This document shows, in pieces, positions 28,161 to 36,310 of a DNA stretch of 58,548 nt; position 1 is the stretch's first letter, and each line of letters begins with the position of its first letter. Source of the DNA: a virus. Taxonomy: Duplodnaviria > Caudoviricetes. The notes under the pieces were generated by a model. That model was not told the DNA's origin. It saw only the letters and a list, made by a program, of their open reading frames with translations, and ran no database searches. The position numbers and the translations under genes are program-made. The stretch spans positions 1 to 58,548 of the IMG/VR virus record IMGVR_UViG_3300045855_000047; one strand, given 5' to 3'.

Positions 28161-28477
28161 GTTGGGACTCCTGTAGCTTTGGCGATTGCGGAGTCCACAC
28201 GATCAACTGCAACAATGTATTCGTGCGTCCAATAGTCGCGTGACAGCCCATCGCTGCACTCACTGTCTCCAATCCATCGGCGCGCCTCTTTCAATGCCTC
28301 CAGCAAATCAGGCGCGGCGGAAATCAGTCGGGCATTGCTTGGCTTGTAGTCTGTTGTGATGCCATCCTGATGTGAACAAGATGGGTGGACGGTTGCAACG
28401 ATGCATTCGTCAGCATCCAATATGTCCTCACCTAAGGCTTCTATTAACCATGGACCGCGCATGTGCGCGCCGATCAC
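28157..28477 (-). CDS. Hypothetical phage protein
   Basis: GPW...NARLISAAPDLLEALK...AIAKATG motif typical of phage early proteins. Confidence 0.7.
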   Translation of the reverse strand: MIGAHMRGPWLIEALGEDILDADECIVATVHPSCSHQDGITTDYKPSNARLISAAPDLLEALKEARRWIGDSECSDGLSRDYWTHEYIVAVDRVDSAIAKATGVPT

Positions 28478-28782
28478 TTCGGACCCCAGATCAGAATGGC
28501 CAGGCACAGCACGCCAGTGATGCCACTACCCCACATCACAAAGCGGTCCTGCCAGTCAAAGGGTGGGTCTACCTCTTCGGCAATCGACTGGCCAATCCTG
28601 ACCTGCACATCATCATCCGCCTTGCGGTAAACACTCCACTCCCCGCCGCGAGCATAAAAGCCCACATAGCCGGTCCTGGTACGCGTGGTCTGGCCCACGT
28701 CCATGATGAAGTCGGGTTCATCGAAAACAATCACATCGCCGGGGCGTACCTCTTCGGCGCGGATGGTGCAAAGTTGGCTCAT
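28474..28782 (-). CDS. Small SH3/KOW-like protein with C-terminal TM helix
   Basis: AAGGA RBS, ATG 28782. Paralog of 27029-27238. Hydrophobic C-terminus. Confidence 0.6.
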   Translation of the reverse strand: MSQLCTIRAEEVRPGDVIVFDEPDFIMDVGQTTRTRTGYVGFYARGGEWSVYRKADDDVQVRIGQSIAEEVDPPFDWQDRFVMWGSGITGVLCLAILIWGPK

Positions 28783-28816
28783 AAAATATCCTTTATCGGT
28801 TATTGGTGGACGTGAC

Positions 28817-29041
28817 TTAGGCCCTGGCCTGCTCTGCAACAGCCTGGCGTGCCAGCTTGGCGAAGTCCTCGTCTGCTGCGCGGTACCACGACAGCAGGTT
28901 GGCAAGTTCGTTTCTCAATCCCTGCTCACCAAAGCCACTGCGCGCGGCCACATCGATCTTGGAAATGAGGATCTTGGCTAAGCCAAGCCGGGTGTCTGCT
29001 GTCGCCAGGGCGGCGCGGGTTTCAACGGTGTCTAAGCTCAT
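28817..29041 (-). CDS. Hypothetical protein
   Basis: AAGGAG RBS before ATG 29041. Confidence 0.6.
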   Translation of the reverse strand: MSLDTVETRAALATADTRLGLAKILISKIDVAARSGFGEQGLRNELANLLSWYRAADEDFAKLARQAVAEQARA

Positions 29042-29092
29042 GGGGTTCTCCTTGTTAATCACACTGGCAAGGCCGGAGCCTTGACGCTGTAA

Positions 29093-29314
29093 TTAATTCA
29101 GGCCGTAGGCTGCGGCAAAGGCTGCTTGGCTTGTGAAGGCCTCACGCATCACCGGAATTTTGAAATCATCAGAGCTGCTGCGAATACTGATCACGCCATT
29201 GCGAACAGTGACATCAAAGTTTTCTGCATCAATGGAAGAGGCTGTCGCCCCCACGTTATTGAGAGCACACATCGCGCTGTAAACGGCTTCTGCTTGGGCT
29301 TGGTTCAAAATCAT
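29093..29314 (-). CDS. Hypothetical phage protein
   Basis: TAAGGAG RBS before ATG 29314 (MILNQAQAEAVYSAMCALNNV). Confidence 0.65.
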   Translation of the reverse strand: MILNQAQAEAVYSAMCALNNVGATASSIDAENFDVTVRNGVISIRSSSDDFKIPVMREAFTSQAAFAAAYGLN

Positions 29315-29324
29315 GGTGTTCTCC

Positions 29325-29678
29325 TTAGGAAATCTGAGCGGTGTAGTAGCTATCGGGGAAGTCGTAGAAGATCGTTGGCTTTGAATCTTCATTACTCACA
29401 TCCGCCACAATCCGGCCGGAGGAAAGCAACTCGGTAAGGGCTGCATCAAACATCGCCTGGCTGTAGGGCACTGCTTGTGTCTTGCATTCCCTCCGAAGGT
29501 CTCCCATGTCTTGCGGGCCACTCGATTCCATCATGTCGATGATGCAGACCTTGCAGGGATAGCCCTTACGGATCGTGTAAGTTGCTTGGTCAATGTAGTA
29601 GCTGCTCATGTCCTCACCCTCCGCTGCACGCTGATCAATTTCACGCTGGGCTGCATCAATGTTGAATTGCTTTTCCAT
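29325..29678 (-). CDS. Hypothetical protein, possible winged helix
   Basis: AGGAG RBS, first gene after leftward promoter 1. Confidence 0.65.
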   Translation of the reverse strand: MEKQFNIDAAQREIDQRAAEGEDMSSYYIDQATYTIRKGYPCKVCIIDMMESSGPQDMGDLRRECKTQAVPYSQAMFDAALTELLSSGRIVADVSNEDSKPTIFYDFPDSYYTAQIS

Positions 29679-29753
29679 TTTTCACTCCTGTTTAATTCCT
29701 GACACGGTTTATTATAAAACCTAAAACGGTTATTGCGCAAGCCGTTTCAGGTT
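29675..29753 (-). promoter_or_regulatory. Leftward early promoter 1 (PL-like) with two operators
   Basis: TTGCGC-18-TATAAT. Operators AACCTAAAACGGTT (29718-29731) and AGCCGTTTCAGGTT (29740-29753). Confidence 0.8.
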
Positions 29754-29776
29754 ATTCGCAGGGGCAACGAAAAAAA

Positions 29777-30085
29777 CTAGGCGCTACGTACCAGCTTTAC
29801 AACAGGCTCGGACGGACGGAGTTGGGATTGGATGCGGGTGATGACTGCGTGGAGCTCACCGAGGAACACTTGCGCGTGCTCTTCCTCTATGCACACACCC
29901 TGAGTGATGATGTGGCCGCTGGCCGTTATGCTCAGATTGAGCGTTGCGACTGGTTTGGTATCTGCAATGGCTTGGTCGATATGCCACTGCTTGATTTTGT
30001 TGATGCGCTCCAGACTTGGGCCCGGCTCTTTATTTAGTAGCGCCACTCGCGCGCTTTGCTGACGTTGCGATTCCTTTTTTGCCAT
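29777..30085 (-). CDS. Hypothetical protein downstream of the repressor, probably lysogen-expressed
   Basis: 102-aa ORF overlapping the repressor 3' end. Confidence 0.6.
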   Translation of the reverse strand: MAKKESQRQQSARVALLNKEPGPSLERINKIKQWHIDQAIADTKPVATLNLSITASGHIITQGVCIEEEHAQVFLGELHAVITRIQSQLRPSEPVVKLVRSA

Positions 30086-30569
30086 GGCTCTCTTCCGCGT
30101 TGATCCCTGCACGGTCCCCAGGCTTGCGTGCCGATGCCTTCTTTACTGCTGCGGACAAGGAAGCGGGGACCGGCTGCTCTGAGTTGACCAATATTTGTCG
30201 CGCTGTCCCATCTTGCCGGTTTTTGCGGGTTTCCGCTGATACCGATATGAACGACATCGCTCGGTGTTGATCTTCGTCAGTTAGCTTGCGCCACGCAAGT
30301 ATCAACTGCTGCTCATCGTAATTTGGTGCGATGTGGATCTGTTGCTCATCGTTCCCAAGCGGCTTGATCAGATCCAGCGGCTTAACTCGGTAGGCATCAG
30401 CCAGCTTTTGCAAGACATCGAGCGCGGTGTGCACTTCGCGTGCCAGGATGCGCTGGATAGTTGACTGCGAAAGCCCTGTTTTTTTGTGGATCTTTGTCTG
30501 GGTGTCAAGGTCAGGCCGCTGATCCATCAAGGATCTCAGGCGCAACGCCAGGATGTCTTTTAGTTCCAT
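30030..30569 (-). CDS. CI-like repressor (XRE HTH); start 30569 or 30614
   Basis: TQTKIHKKTGLSQSTIQRIL...LDVLQKLADAYRV HTH, divergent from the cro-like gene. No S24 peptidase domain visible. Confidence 0.85.
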   Translation of the reverse strand: MELKDILALRLRSLMDQRPDLDTQTKIHKKTGLSQSTIQRILAREVHTALDVLQKLADAYRVKPLDLIKPLGNDEQQIHIAPNYDEQQLILAWRKLTDEDQHRAMSFISVSAETRKNRQDGTARQILVNSEQPVPASLSAAVKKASARKPGDRAGINAEESHGKKGIATSAKRASGATK

Positions 30570-30608
30570 GATGGTGTATTCGGTACGCAATAAGCGAGGT
30601 TTCGAGTA

Positions 30609-30664
30609 TTCCATAAACGGTTATTTCTTTGCGGTTGCTAAAATAACCGATATCGGTTTATGAT
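30609..30664 (+). promoter_or_regulatory. OR/PR-like switch
   Basis: Perfect palindrome AACCGATATCGGTT (30645-30658) between TTGCTA (30635) and TATGAT (30659). Second operator at 30609-30622. Confidence 0.82.
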
Positions 30665-30670
30665 CAAGGC

Positions 30671-30955
30671 ATGCGAAAAGAAACCGTTTCCCAATACCTG
30701 TTGCGCCGTCTAGATGCCTCGTCCGGCATGCACTCCCGCATTGCCATGGAGGCAGGGATTTCCCAGGCAACGATTTCACGGATCTACCTGCGCAAAGTCT
30801 CGCCCAGGTTGAACATTGCCGAGCCTCTGTTGGCCTGGTTTGAGAAGCAGGACCGCAAAGCCGAGCGGAAAAAGTCAGCATCCGGCGTCTCCGGTAGCGC
30901 AAATGCTGATCGCGGTCGTGCTGCCACTGCTGCAGCCGCGCCCCTCCGTCAATAG
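30671..30955 (+). CDS. Cro-like HTH protein
   Basis: HSRIAMEAGISQATISRI...PRLNIAEPLL HTH. Confidence 0.82.
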   Translation: MRKETVSQYLLRRLDASSGMHSRIAMEAGISQATISRIYLRKVSPRLNIAEPLLAWFEKQDRKAERKKSASGVSGSANADRGRAATAAAAPLRQ

Positions 30956-31121
30956 GCCGAATAGGGCCACGACTATGACTGTCACCTGCGCAATCTCCCA
31001 AAGTGTTTTGCCAGTGAACGGGATTCCCTTTTGTCGTGCGCCGGCTACGAATAGGCATGCCGCACCCCAGGCAACCAAGCTGAATTGACCCCAAGCCCAA
31101 TCGAACACGAAAGCACTCCCC

Positions 31122-31391
31122 ATGGCTGAAAACCACACGATGTTAAGTCGCTCCGGCAATACCGGTGACGGAAAGAAAACGGCGCGGCTGGATATTCCAG
31201 TGAGCGAAGAGCTTGAGGCTGAGGTGATTTCCTTGGCAACCATTGCCAATCTTCCCAAAGCAGAGTGGGTGCGCAGGCAGATCGAGCGGATTGTGCATGG
31301 TGAGCTTGGCATGCTCCGAAGGATGCACGCTCAGGGCTCAAAAGGCCATGGGATGAATGGGGGAGGTTCATCCAATGAGAGCCAATCATGA
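31122..31391 (+). CDS. Ribbon-helix-helix-like regulator at the CII position
   Basis: TARLDIPVSEELEAEVISLATIANLPKAEWVRRQIE. Confidence 0.6.
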   Translation: MAENHTMLSRSGNTGDGKKTARLDIPVSEELEAEVISLATIANLPKAEWVRRQIERIVHGELGMLRRMHAQGSKGHGMNGGGSSNESQS

Positions 31392-31699
31392 CGATGGATT
31401 GGACTGTGCATTGCCTGCTGACACAGCCGGGGTCTCTCAATCTGCAAATTCCTCGGTACAACCCGCGACCTGCCGGCGTTATCCGTCCTGGAAGCTCTAC
31501 CGAGCGCGTGCTGGCCATCTTCAAGGCCAATCCAAAACTGTGGCTTTCGCATGCAAACCTGGCCTGGTACACCGGCCTGAGCCACAAGCCTATGAGTTGG
31601 GCGCTGATCTACCTGCAGCGCCAGGGATTGATCGAAGCATCCACTGGAGACGACGAGCGCAACTCGCGCTACTGCCGGTATCGATTCATCTTGAAATAG
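31388..31699 (+). CDS. Winged-helix-like protein
   Basis: RVLAIF...LSHANLAWYTGLSHKPMSWALIYLQRQGLI. Confidence 0.6.
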   Translation: MTMDWTVHCLLTQPGSLNLQIPRYNPRPAGVIRPGSSTERVLAIFKANPKLWLSHANLAWYTGLSHKPMSWALIYLQRQGLIEASTGDDERNSRYCRYRFILK

Positions 31700-31709
31700 G
31701 AGTGCACCC

Positions 31710-32027
31710 ATGAACCAGCTTGCCTTTGACCTGTCGCCTCGGACCATGGCTTACCAGGCCCATTCACGCACCAGCAAGGTTGCCGCCTTCAATGCGCAAC
31801 CAAAGGTCGGTACCAAGCGCGCCATTCTGCTGGACTTCATCCAGCGCCAGCGCCACCTGGGCGCTACGGACGAGGAAATGCAGAGCAGCCTACCCATGAA
31901 CCCCAACACGCAGCGCCCGCGCCGTGTGGAGCTCGTTCAGGGGCATTGGGTGGTCGATAGCGGGCGCACACGCAAGACCATGGGCGGCGATGAGGCCGTG
32001 GTCTGGGTATCGACTGAGTTCAAGTGA
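31710..32027 (+). CDS. Winged-helix-like phage protein
   Basis: GATDEEMQ...NTQRPRRVELVQGHWVVDSGRTRKT; AGGAG RBS. Confidence 0.7.
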   Translation: MNQLAFDLSPRTMAYQAHSRTSKVAAFNAQPKVGTKRAILLDFIQRQRHLGATDEEMQSSLPMNPNTQRPRRVELVQGHWVVDSGRTRKTMGGDEAVVWVSTEFK

Positions 32028-32035
32028 TGTTTTTT

Positions 32036-32090
32036 GGACCGGCTAGGTTGATCCCCGAAAAGCAGATTCACCACCTGCCTGCCGCAATCC
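32036..32090 (+). ncRNA. Candidate c4-like structured regulatory RNA upstream of the replication gene
   Basis: Outer stem GGA/CGGC pairs with GCCG/TCC. Inner stem GCAG-ATTCACCAC-CTGC; its loop is complementary to GGTGAA boxes at 32103 and 32115. Confidence 0.5.
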
Positions 32091-32128
32091 TTTGCAATCT
32101 TCGGTGAATTGACTGGTGAACAAAATAA

Positions 32129-33100
32129 ATGACTTCACAAGATAAACCTGCTGCGCCATACCCACCGGATACCCGGGCCAAGGGCTGGCGCTTTGAGCTT
32201 GATCACGAACGGATCATGCAGTCTGACACCTGGGCACTGACACCCGCAGACGTGCGCCCATGGCTCTTGATGATCTGGATGGTGGCCTGGCAGCAAACAC
32301 CCTGCGGATCGCTCCCTGATCACGACGAGCTCATTGCTGCGCGCATTGGCATGGGCCTGGTCGACTTCAAGGCTAAGCGCCAGTGGCTTATGCGTGGCTG
32401 GCGGACGGCTGATGATGGCCGTCTGTACCACGATGTGATCATCTTGCGCGTGCAGGAAATGATGACCAAGCGCAAGAGCGAAACAGACCGCAAAGCACTG
32501 GCCAGGTCACGTGCAAAAGCTGCCCAGCAGGCCCCACAAATTCACACTGAACCGGACTTTGATCCTGATTTAGATGATGAATATGTCCCGCATATGTCCC
32601 ATGGGACACCCGAAGGAATACCAGGACTGTCCGAGGGTGTCCGGACACCAGTACCAGTACCAGTACCAGTACCAGTACCAGTTATTACTAAAGAACAGTG
32701 TGTGGGTATTCCCGCACCGACACACACTATTCCGGACAGTTTTAAGACTGAAATCCAGAAAACCCGGCCGGACCTGGACCCGGACACGGTGTACGGAGTG
32801 TTCGTCCAAAAGACAAATCCACGTGACCAGACCATCGCCGTGTGGAAGTCCTGGATCGCCAGGGAACGCGCACCAGCCAAGGTCACCGTGAACCCATCGG
32901 ACCCGCTTTCAGACCCTGACAGCCGCGCCAGCATCGAAGCCAAGGGCATTGCCAAGGGCATCGGCAAGTGGAGCGAAACCACCGAGCAGTGGCCTGCGTA
33001 CAAGGCCCGCGTGCTCGGAATACCGCCAGCGCCACCAGCAAACCGCTCATCATGGAATCAAAAACTCGCACAGAAAGGGACTGCTCATGCTGCGCAATAG
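32129..33100 (+). CDS. Replication initiation protein (YdaU/DUF1376-like N-terminus)
   Basis: LMIWMVAWQQTPCGSLPDHDELIA...GWRTADDGRLYH, internal iteron-like region, PVPVPVPVPVP linker, located downstream of cro. Confidence 0.75.
   Translation: MTSQDKPAAPYPPDTRAKGWRFELDHERIMQSDTWALTPADVRPWLLMIWMVAWQQTPCGSLPDHDELIAARIGMGLVDFKAKRQWLMRGWRTADDGRLYHDVIILRVQEMMTKRKSETDRKALARSRAKAAQQAPQIHTEPDFDPDLDDEYVPHMSHGTPEGIPGLSEGVRTPVPVPVPVPVPVITKEQCVGIPAPTHTIPDSFKTEIQKTRPDLDPDTVYGVFVQKTNPRDQTIAVWKSWIARERAPAKVTVNPSDPLSDPDSRASIEAKGIAKGIGKWSETTEQWPAYKARVLGIPPAPPANRSSWNQKLAQKGTAHAAQ
32581..32682. repeat. Probable replication origin: TGTCC/GGACA iterons and (ACCAGT)x6
   Basis: Several direct and inverted TGTCC copies at 32581-32650, six tandem ACCAGT at 32647-32682, then an AT-rich patch. 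Confidence 0.6.
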
Positions 33101-33351
33101 CCCGGGATTTCAATGCCTACCGGATGTTCACCCCGAACTGCATCTACTGCGGAGCCCGGCTAATTCAGCTTTTGGGCACCCTACCCATTACGCCCAGAGA
33201 ATGCAGCGCGAGGCGGACTGCTGTTCTGTTGGACTGGCTGAAATTCGGGCACGACGAGCAGACTATCCGCAAGCTGGTCAAAGGCCCGGTAGCCATTGGC
33301 CCGGAAAAGGCCAAGGAGTCAGAGCCCCAGTCTCGGACGAAACGCCGTTGA
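33052..33351 (+). CDS. Cys-rich hypothetical protein
   Basis: CSCC...CIYC. Overlaps the rep 3' end; start uncertain. Confidence 0.5.
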   Translation: MESKTRTERDCSCCAIARDFNAYRMFTPNCIYCGARLIQLLGTLPITPRECSARRTAVLLDWLKFGHDEQTIRKLVKGPVAIGPEKAKESEPQSRTKRR

Positions 33352-33391
33352 GCCTGGATGAGGTTGAGCACGGAATGTGGCGGGGTGACCT

Positions 33392-33829
33392 ATGACCCTT
33401 CGCATGACCGCACGCGAGTTCGCGGATAGCCCCGTATCGCGCCGATTGACCCGGGACCAGGCCTATGCCGTTCGCACCGAGAAAAAGTCCAAGAGCAAAT
33501 ACGGAAATCAAAAGGTCGATACGGCTGATGGCCTGACATTCGATTCAAAAGCCGAGTACCGCCGCTGGGTGGAGCTGAACTTCCTGCTCAAGGCCAAGGA
33601 AATCACCGACCTGCAGCGCCAGGTACCGTTCGTCCTTGTGCCCGCCCAGGTTTCCCCGGACGGTACCAAGCTGCGCGGCATCACCTACGTGGCCGACTTC
33701 ACCTACCGCGATACCTGCGGCCAGCTGGTGGTCGAGGATCCGAAGGGCGCCAGCACGGCCGAGTGGGTTTTGAAGAAGAAGCTGATGCTGTTTGTGCATG
33801 GGATCTGGGTTCGTGAGATTCGTACCTAA
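33392..33829 (+). CDS. DUF1064 endonuclease (resolvase-like)
   Basis: SKYGNQK...FDSKAEYRRW...LQRQVPF...YVADFTY...VVEDPKG. Confidence 0.85.
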   Translation: MTLRMTAREFADSPVSRRLTRDQAYAVRTEKKSKSKYGNQKVDTADGLTFDSKAEYRRWVELNFLLKAKEITDLQRQVPFVLVPAQVSPDGTKLRGITYVADFTYRDTCGQLVVEDPKGASTAEWVLKKKLMLFVHGIWVREIRT

Positions 33830-33831
33830 CC

Positions 33832-34257
33832 ATGGCTAAACCCGGTGAGCTCACGCCAAAGCAGGCCGCATTCGTGCGTGAGTTCCTGATCGACCGCAAT
33901 GGCACGCAGGCCGCTATCCGCGCTGGGTACAGTCCCAAGACGGCAAAGGTCATTGCTACTGAAAACTTAACCAAACCTGCCATATCGGAAAAGGTCAGGT
34001 TGGCAACCCAGGTTGTTGCCACCAAGACCGAGACAGATGCCGAATGGGTACGCCGGCGCCTCAAGGAAGAGGCCGACGATTTCTCCGAGTTCGCCAGCCA
34101 CAGCGCACGCATCAAAGCCATTGAACTGATCGGCAAGATCAACGGCGTATTCGAGAAGGACAACGAGCAGAAAGCCACGCCACTGGTTCAGCTGGCGCTG
34201 ATCCTGCGCCCCAACATTGCCGGACCTGGCACCTTTGCGATACCCGAAGATGACTGA
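33832..34257 (+). CDS. terS: Terminase small subunit
   Basis: LTPKQAAFVREFLIDRNGTQAAIRAGYSPKTA. Confidence 0.92.
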   Translation: MAKPGELTPKQAAFVREFLIDRNGTQAAIRAGYSPKTAKVIATENLTKPAISEKVRLATQVVATKTETDAEWVRRRLKEEADDFSEFASHSARIKAIELIGKINGVFEKDNEQKATPLVQLALILRPNIAGPGTFAIPEDD

Positions 34258-35836
34258 CGAAAAGAAAGCCCTGGCCGAGATTGCCGAAAAGCTCAATGAC
34301 CGGGTGTGGCGGCTCACCTCAGGCAAGTTGTACCAGATCATCGTCAAGGGCGATGATGGTAGTGATGATGGCTTGGTGCTGCCCTTCATCCCCAATCGCG
34401 CCCAGCGCCGGTTCCTGGCCCGCCTGCACAATCGAAACGTGATACTCAAGGCCCGGCAATTGGGGTTCACCACTCTGGCCTCAATCCTTTGGCTGGACAC
34501 GGCGCTGTTCTCCCAGGATCCAATCCGGTGCGGCATCATTGCCCAGGACAAGGAAACGGCCGAGTCCATATTCTGCGACAAAGTGAAGTTCGCATACGAC
34601 CGACTGCCAGACTTCGTTCGTGAAATGTTCCCGCTTGAGCGCGAGAGCATGAAAGAACTGGTGTTCGCCCACAACAAATCCAGCATCCGCGTGGCAACCA
34701 GTGTGCGCGGCGGCACCATCCACCGGCTGCATATCTCCGAGTTCGGCAAGATCTGCGCCAAGTTCCCCGACAAGGCCAAGGAGGTGGTGACCGGATCCAT
34801 TCCGGCCGTGCCCAAGTCCGGCATGCTGATCATCGAGTCCACTGCTGAGGGCCAAGAGGGCGAGTTCTACAAGATCAGCCAGCGCGCGCAGTCCTTGTTT
34901 GAAAAGAATGCGGTGCTCAACGAGAAGGACTACCGGTTTCACTTCTTCGCTTGGTGGGAGGCACCAGAGTACGAAATGGACCCTGATAGCGTGGTGTTCA
35001 CAGAAGCCTATGCCCTGTACTTCACCGACTTGGAGGGCAAGATCGGGCGCCCCATCAGCATGGAAAAGCGCGCCTGGTACGTGTCGACCTGCGAATCTGA
35101 CTTCTCAGGTGACCAGACCGCGATGTGGCAGGAGTACCCCAGCACGCCAAAGGAGGCGTTTCAGGTGTCCACCGAGGGCTGCTACTACTCCCAGCAATTG
35201 GCCCTGGCGCGCAAGCAGGGCAGGGTGCATAAGACCATTCCCATGGAGTCCACGCCGGTCAACACCTTCTGGGACTTGGGCAAAGGCGATATGACCACGG
35301 TGTGGTTTCACCAGCGCATCTTTCACGAAAACCGGTTCATTCGGTACTACGAGGCAAGCGGCGAGGACATAGATCACTTTGTGCGCTACCTGCAAGGCCT
35401 GAGCTACATCTTCGGCACGCACTACCTGCCGCACGATGCCAACTTCAAGCGCCTGGGCGAGACGCCAGACCTGAATCTCACGCTCAAGGAAATGTTCGAG
35501 CGCCAGATGCCCGGACAACGCTTCGAGGTTGTGTCCCGCGTGACATCCGTCACCAGCGGCATCCAATCCACCCGCAACGTCTTTTCAACGTGCCACTTCT
35601 CGGAAGAGGGCTGTGCGGATGGCCTGGTGCACCTGGCCAACTACAAAAAGCGGTGGAATAAAACCACGGCTACGTGGACTGATGAACCCTTGCACGATAT
35701 CCACAGCCACGGCTCTGACGCTTTCCGCCAGTTCGGCCAGCTTGCGGATGCTGGTGAAGCCTTCAACCCACGCGGCCAGGCTGCGGCCTCTGGCAAGGTG
35801 GCATTTCGCCGGCGTGGATCGCCTATGGGGGTGTAG
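34250..35836 (+). CDS. terL: Terminase large subunit
   Basis: ILKARQLGFTT Walker A, LHISE Walker B, IEST, nuclease WDLG...SHGSDAFR. Confidence 0.93.
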   Translation: MTDEKKALAEIAEKLNDRVWRLTSGKLYQIIVKGDDGSDDGLVLPFIPNRAQRRFLARLHNRNVILKARQLGFTTLASILWLDTALFSQDPIRCGIIAQDKETAESIFCDKVKFAYDRLPDFVREMFPLERESMKELVFAHNKSSIRVATSVRGGTIHRLHISEFGKICAKFPDKAKEVVTGSIPAVPKSGMLIIESTAEGQEGEFYKISQRAQSLFEKNAVLNEKDYRFHFFAWWEAPEYEMDPDSVVFTEAYALYFTDLEGKIGRPISMEKRAWYVSTCESDFSGDQTAMWQEYPSTPKEAFQVSTEGCYYSQQLALARKQGRVHKTIPMESTPVNTFWDLGKGDMTTVWFHQRIFHENRFIRYYEASGEDIDHFVRYLQGLSYIFGTHYLPHDANFKRLGETPDLNLTLKEMFERQMPGQRFEVVSRVTSVTSGIQSTRNVFSTCHFSEEGCADGLVHLANYKKRWNKTTATWTDEPLHDIHSHGSDAFRQFGQLADAGEAFNPRGQAAASGKVAFRRRGSPMGV

Positions 35837-35851
35837 CCAGGCCCTGATTTT

Positions 35852-35864
35852 CGTGGCAAGCATG
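35852..35864 (+). promoter_or_regulatory. Late-gene motif CGTGGCAAGCATG, copy 3
   Basis: Exact copy between terL and the portal operon. Confidence 0.7.
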
Positions 35865-35893
35865 CGAAAGTTGCCCGAACTTCGGAGCGGGCA

Positions 35894-36310
35894 ATGGGTG
35901 TTTCTATCGATCTGCGCAAGGCGCACGCGCATCGCAAATTCGGCGACATAACGATGATCCTTACCTGGGTCAACGACGAGCGCGCCATGGTGCTGATGCC
36001 CAACATCCGCCAAAAGTCTGCCTGGTACATCGTTTGCGAGTCAGCAGCGTGGAAATACGACGATGCTATTTACCTGGCCACGCAATGCGTCAAGGCCTGC
36101 GAGGTGCTCGACATTGAGCCCAACAAACCCAACTGGGTGCGCATCGCCACCATCATCAATGAATCCCTCCCCGACCTGATACGCATGCCCTCCAGCCAGC
36201 CGGCTGAGCTCATGAAGCAATCGTTCGGTGCCATGACCATGCGCGAGGGCGGCAAGGTGATCGCCCAGCAAGACATCCGCCTGGAAGTCGAGGGCCAAGA
36301 GTATGTTTGA
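35894..36310 (+). CDS. Hypothetical protein between terL and portal
   Basis: GGAG RBS, 138 aa, overlaps the portal start. Confidence 0.75.
   Translation: MGVSIDLRKAHAHRKFGDITMILTWVNDERAMVLMPNIRQKSAWYIVCESAAWKYDDAIYLATQCVKACEVLDIEPNKPNWVRIATIINESLPDLIRMPSSQPAELMKQSFGAMTMREGGKVIAQQDIRLEVEGQEYV

Noticed and set aside
32647-32682. Phase-variable microsatellite
   Set aside because: The 6-bp unit keeps the frame and encodes the Pro-Val linker typical of phage replication initiators.
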